The notes under the pieces: generated by a model
What the model was told of the DNA's origin: nothing
The model's input: only the letters and a program-made list of their open reading frames with translations
Database searches by the model: none
Translations under genes and position numbers: made by a program
In this document: piece by piece, positions 28,765-43,478 of the stretch
Numbering within the stretch: position 1 is the stretch's first letter
How the letters are laid out: each line of letters begins with the position of its first letter
DNA from: Eledone cirrhosa
Taxonomy: Eukaryota
Assembly: GCA_964016885.1 (NCBI GenBank)
Contig: OZ024746.1
Coordinates: 29,450,001 to 29,514,000, forward strand
Direction of reading: 5' to 3'
DNA: 64,000 nt

Positions 28765-29160
28765 CTACCATTTATGAATTTCCCAGATCTCTATTCCATT
28801 ACGATACACACTCTAACTTAACCAGGTTCCATATTAATTTGACACGATCTTAAGATCGAAACAGACTACAGTTTGTCGATAACTATTATTAAATTTAGAA
28901 ATATATTCTCGGTGATATTTACATCTTCATTTCTTAACTGATATTGGCGAGTATTTTTATTACTTGCCATTCAAACATATTTATATATATAGAAGTTGAA
29001 ATGTGTTTTCCAATACAAGTGACAATAACAAGAGGTTGTTACTATAAATAATCACTGAGAAAAACATGTAAAGTTATTTAACCGAATATTCCCAACAATT
29101 ATTTAGTGTGATCGACTATTTCTGCATTGGTAAAACTACATTTCAAATTTCAAAATTTTC

Positions 29161-29350
29161 CAATGCTTCCTATAGGGTTTAAATACATCCATCTTCAACA
29201 GAGATAGAGTGAAACTCGGATATTCCTACTAAGAAGTTACATACACCCGGTAGTACCAACATGTCAGGACATATTTGGGTATGTCTGTAGGCCGGTTTAA
29301 AGAACGATTCCTTAACCATGAGACGACCTTTAGACACCGAGGTTATGGCT
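29161..29350 (+). pseudogene. Penelope-like (Naiad-type) linker and GIY-YIG endonuclease relic
   Basis: Translates IFNRDRVKLGYS (29191) and RTYLGMSVGRFKERFLNHETTFRHRGY, matching the recalled KIFNRNTVKVSYS and YIG..FK.R..NH..SF.H motifs. Confidence 0.7.
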
Positions 29351-30249
29351 ATGCACAAGGGGTTAGGGGGTCTTTTTTCAGCTGAATGAACTGGGGCCAG
29401 CTCAGGAATCGATCTGAAGAACTTGTGATCGTGAGTCGAATACCCTTGTCACTAAGGCTCGTGCCTTCACTCTTTTGAATATATACCACACACACATAAT
29501 ATACATCTACGATTATCTATATGTATGTCACTTTTTGTGAGTGCATGTACGTACAGTTAATCTAATATATATGTTATAGAAACTGTTTTACTGGAACAAA
29601 CCTAACGGAAATTAATGTGAGAAACTTAATCTGATTCCGGTCAAAGATCTCAACACTTGATTCCGTCAAAATATTTTCTTCACTGAAGTAAATAGATCTC
29701 CCAACAGCTAAAGTTCATGTTATGAGCTTTCATCCTCTTATAACCAGTTGATTAGTCACTCTGACTTACTGTCTTAATGCCTTAACGTTTTAAACATTAT
29801 TGAGCGAAAAATAATCCTCTTATTGCTGAAAAAAATAGAAAAAAGAAATAATGTAAAACTCGATATTATAATAGCTGCAAGGTGTATTTTGTCAGTCAAA
29901 CACACGGCCGCTTCTTTCTATTGAAAAAGTTCTAAAATTTCTTATAACGCAAGCGTGTAGGGAAAAGGTTGGGGGGGGGGGGGTGGAAGGGCAAATGTTC
30001 TAAAATATTCTCAGTTAACTGCGATATCTAGCTGCCTCGCTCTCTATCTCACACAGTGGTTTCTATATTAGAGATATCAACTGATCACCATTTACTTATT
30101 TGTAATCGGAATGTACCCAAAGATAATCGCCCCCCTCAATCCAGAAACTGACAGGTCCAGCTCGACCTACAAAATACATTGCGGGCGAAATGGTTCGGTG
30201 TGGTGCCGGTGTGGCAGGAGGATTCCCTGGTTGAATCAAAGGTTAATGG

Positions 30250-30845
30250 TTAAAGATGCCATCCCAGGAAAGAAGGAGTTTTAAAAAGCTTGACAGGGAA
30301 ATAAATCTTCATTCTTGCAGTGCACGCAAGCGTCAAATGTCGCAGCAAAAGCGCCAAGGTTTAAGATAAGAGTATGAGTGGATTTTGGAGTTAAGCTGTA
30401 ACCCGACTTTAGATTTGCAAATAAAGTATTCTGACAGACAATCCATCAACGTTGTAATAAGAAATCCCCCTCAGGCTTGCTATAAGGAACTCGTCAGGGG
30501 CCCTTCTCTTGCTTATTTCCTAAATCCGGCCAAAACAACATACGATACACCTGGGGGCGATCACTAACCTTTCGGAGGCGAGGTCATTAGTAGAGCAATT
30601 AAGACATTCAAACATGGCAGAGCCACTAGGGAGGGTGAAATTCCTCCGGTAATGTTAAAAGTCTGGAATATATGGCTGACTCATATGTGCCGGTATGTCT
30701 GGATCTTTGGGAAGCCCCAAGCAATAGCAATCGGGAGTGATAATCCTAATTTTCAAAAAGGAAGACAAGAGAGATTGCCCCAGCTATAGAGGAATCTCCT
30801 TGCTAAACAGTTCTGGTAACCTCTATGCTAAGTTTCTGGCAAACA
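30250..30845 (+). pseudogene. RTE-clade LINE reverse-transcriptase N-terminal fragment, decayed
   Basis: AIKTFKHGRA..EIPPVMLK..WLTHMCRYVW..QSGVIILIFKKEDKRDCPSYRGISLLNSSGNLYAKFL. Confidence 0.8.
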
Positions 30846-30974
30846 TTGAAGTGCAGTGCTACATGGCTACATGGAGGAATGATAATCTGTTCTGCGAAGA
30901 CTGAGATATTCGTCCTCTCTCTCAAGTAAGCTCTACATGTAAATGGAAATACACAGATGCAGGTGAAGATGTGC

Positions 30975-32170
30975 AAGTAATGGTGGAATTGGTGGTGGTG
31001 ATTGTGATAGCAGTTGTCGTGGTGACGGTGACATTAGTGGAGGTAGTGATAGTAGTAGTGGGGTGGTGGTGGTGGTGTGATGGTGGTGGTGGTGTGGTGG
31101 CAAGTAATGGTGGAATTGGTGGTGGTGATTGTGATAGCAGTTGTCGTGATGACGGTGACGTTAGTGGAGGTAGTATAGTAGTAGTAAAGTTAATGATGGC
31201 AGTGGTGTTAATGGTGGTGGTGGTGGTAGTGGTGGTGGTGGCAGTAGTAATAGTAGTGATGGTCATGCTGGTGGTGATAGCAATGGTAGTAGTGGTAGTA
31301 GTGGTGGTAGTGGTGGTAGTGGTAGTAATGGAGATGGTGATGGTGTTAGTGCTGGTGGAGTTGTGGTAGTAATGGTTGTAATGGTGGTGACAGTGGTGGT
31401 GGTGGTGTGGTGGTGGTGGTGGGGTGTTGTGGTGGTGTGGTGTCGTGGTGGTGGTGTGGTGGTGTGGTGGTGGTGGTGGGGTGGCGGGGTGGTGGTGGTG
31501 TAGTAGTAATGGTTGTAATGGTGGTGACAGTGGTGGTGGTGGTGTGGTGGTGCTGGTGTGGTGTTGTGGTGGTGTGGTGTTGTGGTGGTGGTGTGGTGGT
31601 GGTGTAGTGGTGTGGTGGTGGTGGTGGTGGTGTGGTGGTGGTGGTGGTGTGGTAGTAATGGTTGTAATGGTGGTGACAGTGGTGGTGGTGTGGTGGTGCT
31701 GGTGTGGTGTTGTGGTGGTGTGGTGTTGTGGTGGTGGTGGTGTGGTGGTGGTGTGGTGGTGGTGTGGTGGTGTGGTGGTGGTGTGGTAGTAATGGTTGTA
31801 ATGGTGGTGGTGTTGTGGTGGTGGTGTGGTGGTGTGGTGGTGGTGTGGTGGTGGTGGTGGTGTGGTGGTGGTGTTGCGGTGGTGGTGGTGGTGGTGGTGG
31901 GATGGTGGCGGTGTTGTGGTGGTGGTGGTGGTGTGATGGTGGTGGTGGTGTGGTGGTGTGGTGGTGGTGTGGTGGTGGTGTGGTGGTGGTGTGGTGGTGG
32001 TGGTGGTGGGGTGGTGGGATGCTGGTGGTGGTGGTGGTGTGGTGGTGTGATGGTGATGGTGGTGATGGCGGTGGTGGTGGTGGTGTGGTGGTGGTGGTGT
32101 GGTGGTGGTGGTGGTGGTGGTGTGGTGGTGGGGTGGTGGTTTTGTGGTGGTGTAGGGGTGGTGGTGGTGA
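30975..32170. repeat. (GGT)n-based low-complexity tract/minisatellite
   Basis: GGT/GTG repeats with a recurring GTAATGGTTGTAATGGTGGTGACA unit. Confidence 0.9.
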
Positions 32171-32262
32171 TGCTATTGAATAAAGGAAATGTTTTGCACA
32201 GAATGTGAATGGCGCAATGTCCGTTTTCAGAAAGATGTCTCTCTCTCTCTCTATCTCTGTAA

Positions 32263-32304
<42 letters not shown>

Positions 32305-32674
32305 CTGAGTATATGTCTCTGTGTGTATGTCTGCATTTTTGTGTCTGTGTATGTCTGCATTTGTGTGTCTGTGTATGTCTGTCTTTGTGTATGTCTGTGT
32401 TTGTGTATGTCTGTATATGTGGGTCTGTGTATGTTTGCGAGTTGGTGTGTGGGAGCATGTATATCTGCGTGTGTCTGTCTCTGTTTTTGTGTGTCTGTAT
32501 GTGTTTGTCTGTCTCTCTCTATGTAGGTGTATGTGTGTTTGTGTATGTGTCTCTGTGTGTGAGTAGGTAAGAATGGGGAAGGGATGGGTGGGTGGGAGTA
32601 GGCAGATGAAGAAGTTGAAGGATTTAAATTTAGAGGTGTGTAGGGAAACGAAAGAAAAACAGGAATTTGTTGAA

Positions 32675-32752
<78 letters not shown>

Positions 32753-32930
32753 AGGAATAGTATCAGTGATGGAGAATAAATGAGTGAGATAGAGGGGAAA
32801 GGTGGAGAGTAGAGACAGGTAATGACAAATAGAAGGCGTGAGAGAGGAGAAGAAATGATTACAGAGGTTGAAATAGAATTAGAGAGAGAAGGGTGAAAGA
32901 AAGATAGAAAGAGATGTGTTGAACAGAAGG

Positions 32931-32986
<56 letters not shown>

Positions 32987-33096
32987 GGGGGGGAGATAGA
33001 AGTGTGGAAGAGGGATGGAGTGTGAGAGAAAGAGAAAGGAAAGAGTGGATAGATATGGAGACAGAGACAGGAGAAAAAGTATAAAAATATGGAGGC

Positions 33097-33139
<43 letters not shown>

Positions 33140-33257
33140 GTAGATGAAGGACGGAGAGAGAGAGAGAGAGATAGAGATAGAGACAGCGAGAGAGAGTAGA
33201 TGAAAGATGGAAAGAAAGAGAGAGAGAAAGTTGATGAAAGACGGAGAGAGAGAGAGA

Positions 33258-33612
33258 GGGAGTGAGGCAGAGATAGAGGAGAAAGTATAAGGAATAAGGA
33301 GAGCGAGAGAGAGAGAGAGAGAGTGAGAGAGAAAGACAGAGCGATAGAAAGGGAGAGAGGGAGAGTAGATAAAAGGTGGAGAGAGAGAGAGAAGGGGAGA
33401 GCGAGGCAGAGACAGAGGGGAAAGATGGAGAGAGAGAGAGGGAGTGAGGCAGAGATAGAGGAGAAAGTATAAGGAATAAGGAGAGCGAGAGAGAGAGAGA
33501 GAGACAAAGACAGAGCGATAGAAAGGGAGAGAGGGAGAGTAGATAAAAGGTGGAGAGAGAGGGGGGGGGGAGCGAGGCAGAGACAGAGGGGAAAGATGGA
33601 GAGAGAGAGCGA
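33258..33612. repeat. GA-rich ~180-bp tandem duplication
   Basis: GGGAGTGAGGCAGAGATAGAGGAGAAAGTATAAGG occurs at 33258 and 33440. Confidence 0.8.
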
Positions 33613-33725
33613 GGCAGAGAGGAAAGTAGAAGTGTGATGGAGAGAAGAGTTAGTGAAATAGATTTAGAAAGCTAGACACAGAAAACGATATAAATTGAGA
33701 GTTGAGATTCTGGTATACAGATAAT

Positions 33726-33788
<63 letters not shown>

Positions 33789-33893
33789 ATGCGTGCGTGT
33801 GTATAAATTGTTTACATATATAGGTACTTATCTACATACATACACACACACATACATTTCCTACATACGTACATGCATCTACGTACACACATA

Positions 33894-33932
<39 letters not shown>

Positions 33933-33958
33933 ATTACCTATAACGATATTTTGTTATC

Positions 33959-34045
<87 letters not shown>

Positions 34046-35279
34046 ACATATATATATATATTATATGACAATTCTCATATATATATATACATATACATTC
34101 ATATATAATCAGATAACCTGTCAGAGAAAGAAAGACTAAAGAGAACAACTGACAGTGAGAGAGAGAGAGTGAGAGCGAGAGAGTGTGTCTGTGTGTGCGA
34201 GAGGAGGGGGAGAAAGAAAGAAAAAAGGAAGAAAGAAATAAAGTAAGAGACTATGTATATCAGTTGTAAAGAAGAAATACACAAAAGGTTATGGTGAGAC
34301 ATAATGGCACCGGGCAAGCCATTACAAGACCCTAGGAAAGGCCTGCAGCGATAAAAATAGCAACTCATTATGGTAGAAACCTCGGAAAAAATGTAAATTC
34401 CTTCTAGAACGATACAAGCTTAAAATCTAATTTACACCGAATTCTCTGTGGCATAGAACAGAAATGGAATAATAGTTAATCGAAACGTGTAATCGATATT
34501 GTCTTAAAGTTAAACCATACTACACATTTCGAAGTTGTATTTGTCTGGCAATGACTTCATCTAAGACCCTGTCTTGAAACTAAAACAATTACAGCGTGAA
34601 GGAGTCGTATTAAAACACAAAGAAAACTTTACTTTATATTTATCATCTATTTAATGATGTCTAACCCTTTGTTACGCAGTTTGCGACGTGGTCACAACTA
34701 CAAATGTTCAACCATTTACATTGGTGAGGTGAATTTATTGTCTAGATATTTCAATATTTTCGTTTGATATATTTACTAATCCGGCTCCTCTCGCCGAATA
34801 CGAAATCAGCTAAACAAACGAAGCCTATTGTGTCTACAGGGCCGCCAGACACCCTAGAAATAGTAACTAAAGTATCCTCTATGTTCATTGTTAGAAGCTT
34901 AAAAGAGGAATCCACATTGGGTAATGTAGTGCTGAAAACATTGAAAATATGGTCTGAACAGGCTTGAGACCAAGTATTTCATAGGTCTGCTTGATCAGAG
35001 ATTACCTACAGTTAAATCGACCTCCGTAGGTCTCGACTCTGAGATAATGAATGTCCTAGTTCAAACAGCCTACACTTAAAATTAATACTTATGTGGCTGG
35101 GTATACCATAGACACGTGGACCTTTCATGTAATTCTCAGGGAGATTTAGTGTAATGCGTTCTATGACAATCTTGGGCCCTTGAATTACAGGTGCAGTCTT
35201 ATTCCACAAACACATAATTTTCAGCTGAATTATGAATGACACAGGGTATAATATGTCTGACCCTTTGAGTTACAGGTAC

Positions 35280-35473
35280 CAGACATGTCAACTCTCTTCG
35301 TCCGAAGGGGAGAACTCCCACCCACTTTGGGGTGGATGAGAGATGTCTTGTCTTACGAAAATCGGTGCAGATTTCATTATGTAAAATCTTCCCATTTTGC
35401 CCCATTTCTTCACGTTTTGGGGCACTTTTCTTCATGGTACTTCTCGTTTGGGTTTTAAAGGTTGGCAGGTCTG
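35280..35473 (+). mobile_element. MITE, same family as 12987-13180
   Basis: CAGACATGTCAAC ... GTTGGCAGGTCTG. Confidence 0.7.
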
Positions 35474-35846
35474 AGGTCAGTCCATCAGTCCACCAGCTTC
35501 CAGACATTTCCGTCTACCCAATATCACCCACAAGTTAGACCTGAGACCATGGCAAATGGCACTAACCTAAGATAATAGCGAGTAGGATCGAACCCAGAAC
35601 CTACTGAATGCAAAGAGAACATTTTAAGTATTCGGCCATACAGTGTCTAGCTTTGCACATCAATAGCAATAGAATATCACCTCCACCGCAGATACTATAG
35701 ACAGTATACTGTTGAAAAGTAAAAAAAGATTCGCATGACTACTCAGCCCCCTCCCACACACACACATACTTATACATGTGATTAATTAGAACATTATCCA
35801 TCAAAGGTGCTCAATTCCCACGTAACGTATATACATAAAGAGAGAT

Positions 35847-35937
<91 letters not shown>

Positions 35938-36017
35938 GTTAGGTATACTTTTACCCTATATTGTAGTTTTATATATGCGTGGGTGTGTTTTCTATGAATG
36001 AGCTTGTGTGTGGGTTT

Positions 36018-36051
<34 letters not shown>

Positions 36052-36810
36052 CGAATAAACCATTTAAAATCAATCAATACTAACTATTGATGTTAGTCTT
36101 TAGACTGAACTAGGAATCAATGCCGAACACAACAACAACAGCAATACCAAATAACTAAGATCAAATTTATTATACAGAACTTAACAATCAAATTTATTGA
36201 TCAAAATGACAACTACAAAAATAAAGAACAGATATAAAAATAGATTAAAAAATTAAAATAAAGAAAATAGAAATAATAAAAAAATTAAGAAAAATAAATT
36301 AAAAAGAATAAATAAAAATATATAAATAAAAATAGCAATATATAAATATCAATATAACCATTCGATAGAACCGACTGATCTGATCAACAATTTCAGTAAT
36401 TGCAGTGAATTATATTTTTTTCAGTCTTAAAGAAATTAAATTGGTTGCTTTATAGCCGAAAACTGTTTCAATTGTTTAAAAAGGATGGTTGTTAATGTCA
36501 ACTTCCTAAGAGGTAATTGGCCAAAGGAGATAAATTTCACGTTAGAAGTGGAATTTAGATGCTCAGTAGTAATCTCTTGAGAAAACCAGCTGCTTAAGAA
36601 CTAACAAAGGTTCTTCCTCAATCTGGTCTCTTGATGTGTTATAAATAACTCAAATCACTCTTAAATGACATCCTACCATCATAACAGCCGCAGTGTGAGG
36701 ATGTCTGTTGCTGATGACGACAGCTGCAGCCTAAAGAGCTGTGTCGACACTGTTCCAGAATACACATACATACACATACATATATGCATCATACATACAT
36801 ATATACATAT

Positions 36811-37290
36811 CAAAGATTAGATAAAAGGAGAATATTTATGCAGAACTGATGAGAAATATGCAGATACTCCACTCTGATTATACCTTCAGATTTATGCCTA
36901 TGGTTATTGGGGTACTGGGATACGTTAGTAACTGCCTCAATACAAATCTTGAGAAGCTGGGCTTCACAGGAACAGAATGAACACAACTAGTTAGGAAATT
37001 ACAAGTACAATCCATTAATGGAACAGTAAAAATATGTAAAACATTACAAAAATTTTGCATCGAATAACTGCAAATAGACATGTACACATACTAAGCATAT
37101 ACACATGCACACATACAACACAAAACATCCACATCCACATATACAATAACATCCATATCTACACATGCATGCATGCAGACATTCATACATATTTACCTAG
37201 TTGATGTTGTGTAAATTCCAATGAGAGAGACTTGTGTCTATGTTAGAAACCGACTCTGTCTCTATTGGCAAAAATGTGAGAAATTATAAA
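36811..37290 (+). mobile_element. 3' end of an RLE-type non-LTR element (R4/Dong-like): endonuclease tail plus 3'UTR
   Basis: KENIYAELMRNMQILHSDYTFRFMPMVIGVLGYVSNCLNTNLEKLGF..LVRKLQVQSINGTVKICK; CATA-type repeats on both sides. Confidence 0.65.
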
Positions 37291-37330
37291 ACCAGAAGAA
37301 CATACATACATATATATATCCAAACATATA

Positions 37331-37370
<40 letters not shown>

Positions 37371-37373
<3 letters not shown>

Positions 37374-37574
37374 CGAAGGAAATGTGGTAAGGAACCAGAT
37401 GGACCATAACGCACCAAAGTACTCAATACTTAGGGTAGTGGTGTGGGTAATAGGAACGAGTAGGACCCCGACGGCTGAGCTCAAGCCGTTTCGACGGCTA
37501 ATTCTGGACTAAATTAGCCGTCCAGAATTAGCCGTCGAAACGGCTTGAGCTCAGCCGTCGGGGTCCTATTCGTT

Positions 37575-37578
<4 letters not shown>
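37371..37578. mobile_element. Family A fold-back copy in (TA)n
   Basis: Long minus arm, short plus arm ending GTTCCTA|(TA)n. Confidence 0.85.
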
Positions 37579-37655
<77 letters not shown>

Positions 37656-37949
37656 TATATAGAGAGAGAGAGAGATAGATAGATAAATATACACGGGTGT
37701 GTATGATTGTGTATAGAAGATTATATTAATAAGAGGAATTCCAACTTTGTCTGATTTAATCGTTTTATTTACAATCCTTTAAAATTTATAATGGTATTAT
37801 AATGAAATAGTATGATAGAATATTAAATTCTAAGTGTTAATTGAGCAAGTACTTTCATGCTTTCGCAATCTTCAGGTTCATAATATGTGGTGACAGTCAA
37901 GTTTGCAATGAATTATATAACATGTATTTCTAAAATAATTTTAAAGTCT

Positions 37950-38404
37950 ATCCCGAGGCCGCTGCTTATCCCAGTTTCCGTAGCGTAAAACGTTTGAAAG
38001 TACGAACTCCCGCCAGTCCATCCAAAGCTATTGCTGGTACTCATGTTTAGCTGAGTATACTGGAGGAACGTGAAATGAAATGGCTTGCTCAAGAACACAA
38101 AACTCAATCCAGTCCAGGAATTGAATCCACGACATTATGATCCTATTTCCAACTCACTTACCACTAGAAAACGCACCTCCACTTATGTATATATATTTTA
38201 AGGAACGATCGACTTTCGTCAAATCGGACCGAGGGAACAATGTTTCCGTTGGTCTTTCCAATTGCTAATACTATCTATCGGTCGCAACTCCAGGTAGAAG
38301 GAGCAACGTGAAATAAAGTGTCTTGCTCAAGGACATAACGCATCGCCTGGTCCAGGAATCGAACTCACAACCTTACGATTGCGAATCCAATTCTCTAACC
38401 ACTC
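37950..38404 (-). mobile_element. Two older tRNA-derived SINEs of a second family (related decayed copies near 13320, 16860, 26370, 29375, 45020)
   Basis: Minus strand reads GGTTAGAG..GTTCGATTCCTGGACC..TGTCCTTGAGCAAGACACTTTATTTCAC: a tRNA head plus a conserved SINE central domain. Confidence 0.6.
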
Positions 38405-38506
38405 AGCCGTCGGGGTCCTACTCGTTCCTATTACCCACTCTACTACCCTAAGTATTGAGTACTTTGGTGCGTTATGGTCCATCTGGTTCCTTACCACATA
38501 TATATA

Positions 38507-38695
38507 TAATTGTTTCTACTTTAGGCACAAGGCCAGCAATTACCCAGTGCATTACTGGTACTTTATTTTATCGACCCCGTAAGGATGAAAGGCAAAGTCA
38601 ACCTCGGCGGGATTTGAACTCAGATCGTAAAGGGACGTAACTATGCTGGAAAGCATGGCGTCCGACTCTCTACCGATACTGCCAATCCACCGCCC
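38507..38695 (-). mobile_element. SINE copy, inserted between family-A fragments
   Basis: Reverse complement of 451-640; CATATATATATAAT on both sides. Confidence 0.85.
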
Positions 38696-38743
38696 ATATA
38701 TATATAATGAAAAGATTCAGGACCCCGACGGCTGAGCTCCGGG

Positions 38744-38782
<39 letters not shown>

Positions 38783-39158
38783 TATATATATATATATGTA
38801 TATATATATAACAGCAGGAGAGGTGTTGAGCAGAAGGCTTCAGAGAAGAAACCCCCCCATCAAGCGAGAGTTTCAGCACTTAACTTTTAAAGGGGGCCGG
38901 TTCTTATCCAGGTCATGGCACTTGGGTGCCTTACTGCTGACATTTAGCCATTCGGAAATCTGAGACTTACTGTGTATTTAAACCAGCGACAGTTACCCTA
39001 CCCTGTTTCTGCTGGAATTCGCTAGGTGGCGCTAAGTCATCAGCTTCTAAAATTGATAGCTGAAGCCTTTCAAATATTTATTCGTAAAAATACCGTATAT
39101 CATTAGATATACAAAATACACAGTCACACACCCACATGTATATATTATATACATTCAA

Positions 39159-39218
<60 letters not shown>

Positions 39219-39454
39219 AAGTGATAATGAGAGACGTGTACCTGACACGTGTTAGTAAACAAAGGTAATTTTGTAATGTATAGTGATAGCTATAATAGAA
39301 GAAGAAGAAGAAGAAGAAGAAGAAGAAGAAGAAGGGGAGGGGGAAGAGGGTTTTTTTCACTTATATCAATTGTATATTCAAGAATAAGATTGTCTGTTTT
39401 GACACATATGTCTTTTGAATAACGGTGGAATAACTATTTCTTACAGAAATACCA

Positions 39455-39525
<71 letters not shown>

Positions 39526-40052
39526 CTACAATTGTATCTCGCTTACATGCATATACACATACACACACGCGCGCATATTTATATATACATTCAGTTGTAA
39601 CAAATTTGCACACACACATGCATACACACTTTCTTATGTATGCACATTTGTAACACATATCGAAAAACAAATATGTAATTTGATTTTTGTTACACTAAAC
39701 AGCCTTCAGAATAGCGAACAAGTCATGTGATAAATTGCTATTATATAAAAGGAAGCCATACATTTTATTGATATTTATGTGGAAAAAGAAGATCAATAAT
39801 GGTAATATTACTGCATGTCACAATGCTTTTAGTATTTAACTTCTGGAGAAAACGCGAGGGATTCTTGCGTGACGTGACCATTACCGGAATGTTCTGTGTA
39901 GATAATATTCGGAGTCTTCTAAACGGCCGTCAGTAAAGCAATCGTCGGATTATATAGGTGTATATATGTGAGTGGTATGTTCGATTAGTTGTATGTGGGA
40001 AAGTAGGTATGTGAAAATGTACTTATATATATATATGATTGTATTATAAATA

Positions 40053-40238
40053 TGGTGGATTGGCAGTATCGGTGGAGGGTCGGACGCCATGCTTTCCAGC
40101 ATAGTTACGTCCCTTTACGATCTGTTTTCAAATCCCGCCGAGGTTGACTTTGCCTTTCATCCTTACGGGGTCGATAAAATAAAGTACCAGTAACGCACTG
40201 GGTAATTGCTGGCCTTGTGCCTAAAGTAGAAACAATTA
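40053..40238 (+). mobile_element. SINE copy
   Basis: Matches 451-640; ATTATAAATAT on both sides. Confidence 0.85.
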
Positions 40239-40268
40239 TAAATATATATATATATGTATATATCTATG

Positions 40269-40304
<36 letters not shown>

Positions 40305-40728
40305 GGTATATATATAAAGAAAAAAAAGAGGAAATCGAAGTCTTATTTTTAAAAAATATATATATATTTATTTGGTTCCTTTACCGGTTTCGCAGTTCTT
40401 CTGCTTGTTACTTGTTTTATATGGAAAAAAGTGGCTCGAAATGCCAGGTTTTTAGAGAAGTAATTTGATTGGTTGGTCAATAATTATAATAAATTTCGCG
40501 CCAGTTCGCGTTACAAAGTTCTTCAAACAAGGGGGGGGGGGGGGGGGGGGGGCACAGGTTGTTTTTTTCATATATGAGTGTTTGAATTTCTTTTTACTTA
40601 AAAAAAGGGGCTCACGAAGGCTTTTTAAAAACATATATATATATAAGTATGTATATATATGTGTATGTATATATGTATATATATGTATATATATGTATAT
40701 ATATGTATATATATGTATATATATGTAT

Positions 40729-41341
40729 GTCAGGTCACCAGTTGGTGCTACTGGTAACATGTATTTCAGTACAACCTGTCCCATGGTCGGGTCGTTGGCG
40801 ACTAAACTGGCAACCCCACCAAGGTTTCTTGGTGAGGAGGGTGATTTTGGTCATTCTGCAGGACTAAAAACAAAACCTGTCAAAGGGCAAAGGACCTCTT
40901 AAGAGTCAATGGCCATCCAAAATCACCGGGAGAGATGACCCTTAGCCTTTGTCAAGGCAGAATTCTAGGAGAAGGAAAACTCTGATATAACACCTGCAAC
41001 CCTGATGGTATCCAATGATGTTGACTTGTTCTTCTTTTTGGTAAATATCCTCTTGGTTAAGAGAGTGGGACTGGCTTTGTGCAGTGCCTTTGCTCACTAT
41101 AAAAGCTTCACGGCACAGGCATTGCTTTATATCTGGAGATCTCTCTGCACTTGTCGTCACATGGTACCATGGGCCCAGCACTATGTGACAATAATTGTCA
41201 CAAGTGTAGTGTTTGTACCAGGGTTTTCAAGTTGCTGGCTGGCTGGACTAAAAAGTGACACTCGTTCAGCCATCGTAGGGGTTCTCCTACATGGATATAA
41301 AGTAGTGGCCGTACTCGAAAACGAGTTGGCAGCCACCATGT
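40729..41341 (+). mobile_element. Probable non-autonomous RTE-derived element (5'UTR-like part joined to 3' end)
   Basis: GC-richer ~610-bp block within TA/TG tracts. GGAGAAGGAAAACTCTGAT and terminal GCAGCCACCATG are recalled as RTE-like ends. Confidence 0.45.
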
Positions 41342-41367
41342 ATATATATATATATATATATATATGG

Positions 41368-41536
<169 letters not shown>

Positions 41537-41584
41537 TATAATTATATAAATAGGTATATATATAACGTATATATATATGTATAA

Positions 41585-41689
<105 letters not shown>

Positions 41690-41696
41690 TATATAC

Positions 41697-41918
41697 GTTT
41701 GCTTTTATCCTTCTATGTTGTTTACTTGTCTCACTCGCTTTACGCAACTCACTTGTCCCAATAGCTTTTTTTAGTTATTGCTCGCACCAACCTGAGGTAT
41801 ATGATTTTTAATGCGATCAAATACCAATGATGGTTGGTAAATCACTGACGAAGGACTAATTTTATAATATGTAACCCATGTGCAACCACGCAGTAATCCT
41901 CTTTCTTCTCATGTTTTA
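41697..41918 (+). mobile_element. Family J (TA)n-associated repeat; copies at 61293-61520 (-) and 63758-63977 (internally inverted)
   Basis: Shared GTTATTGCTCGCACCAACC..GGTTGG..CACTGAYGAAGGACTA..GTAACCCATGTGCAACC. Confidence 0.75.
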
Positions 41919-41942
41919 TATATATATATATATATATAATAT

Positions 41943-42264
41943 ATAAGATCAAAAGATGGTTAAAAGAGTTCCATGTATTTTATTATGCGCATTTCAAAAA
42001 CAAATATCTTCATGCAATACTATTTGTGTTTTCATCAGATAAAATAGGAAGACAATATCATGTCTTCCTATTTGATCTGATGAAAACACAAATATTATTG
42101 CATGATGATATTTGTTTTTGAAATGCGCATAATAAAATACATGGAACTCTTTTAACCATCTTTTGATCGTATATATTATGTATACTCCAGTCCTACAAAC
42201 TGTAGAGTGCTTCTTATCCGATATCTGCATTGCTTTATTGTACTACAATAAAACTCACCTCCTA
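41943..42264. mobile_element. Family C fold-back element with hammerheads at 41977-42045 (-) and 42070-42138 (+)
   Basis: Palindrome centred at ~42057, (TA)n on both sides. Confidence 0.85.
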
Positions 42265-42421
42265 CATATATATATATATATATGTATATATAAGCAGAAG
42301 GGATATTCAATTTGTTGGTAATTCAACAAATATAAATGTTATTCAAGTCATCCAAGGATAACTTGAACCCTTAAGGTATATTCTCGTTGGTTATGTCAAA
42401 ATTTATAAAACACACTTCGGA

Positions 42422-42479
42422 TATTATCTGGTGATAACGTACCAAAGTTTTGGTACCCTTGAAATATATATAATAGAAT
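42422..42479 (+). ncRNA. Core-mutated hammerhead (family G relative)
   Basis: tattat-CTGGTGA-..gtaccaa/ttggtac..-GAAA-T-ATAT-A-TA-atag; downstream sequence matches family G. Confidence 0.5.
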
Positions 42480-42532
42480 AAAAATGGTTTTATAAATATA
42501 GTTTCCATTTATTTAATATCATTATATCATTA

Positions 42533-42564
<32 letters not shown>

Positions 42565-42645
42565 CACGCACATATATATATACGTATATATGTATGTATA
42601 TATATATATACATATATATATATATACACGCATATATATATATAC

Positions 42646-42716
<71 letters not shown>

Positions 42717-42744
42717 TATATATATAAATATATATATATATACG

Positions 42745-42796
<52 letters not shown>

Positions 42797-42797
42797 C

Positions 42798-42911
<114 letters not shown>

Positions 42912-43215
42912 GTATATATATATATATAGGTATATATATTTACACACACATTTACATATATACACATACATACACATGTATGTGTGTGGAGGGTACGAAT
43001 TGATGTATATGGAAAGTGGGTAGTTGAAAATTTACTTATATATTTGAATGTATTTGTATGTTTGTGAGTGGTAGGTACGAATGAACTTATATATATGATT
43101 ATACTGTGCATGTGTGAGTGTGTATATTTATATCTGTGTATGTATGTGTGTATATATATATATACGTGTGTGTGAATGTATGTGTAAATATATATTCCTA
43201 TATACATATATATAT

Positions 43216-43260
<45 letters not shown>

Positions 43261-43447
43261 ATATATGCATATACATACATATATAATATATACGTATATT
43301 TATAAACAGAAACACATAGACCTACATGCGACTATATATATATATATATATATATATACTATATGTATCTTTCTCTCTGTCTCTCTCTATATATATACAC
43401 ACATATATATACATACATATATACATATATACATATATACATATATG

Positions 43448-43478
<31 letters not shown>

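Noticed and set aside
36846-36856. CTGATGAGAAA hammerhead-like string
   Set aside because: No helix II, and it lies in RLE coding relic (codons L-M-R-N).
38985-39045. Minus-strand CTGATGA..GAAACAG..CTGTC motif
   Set aside because: Helix III and GUC are present, but helix I needs an extra base and helix II is weak; not counted as a ribozyme.
41785-41840. SECIS element in the family J hairpin
   Set aside because: No AUGA/GA quartet with the correct helix spacing.
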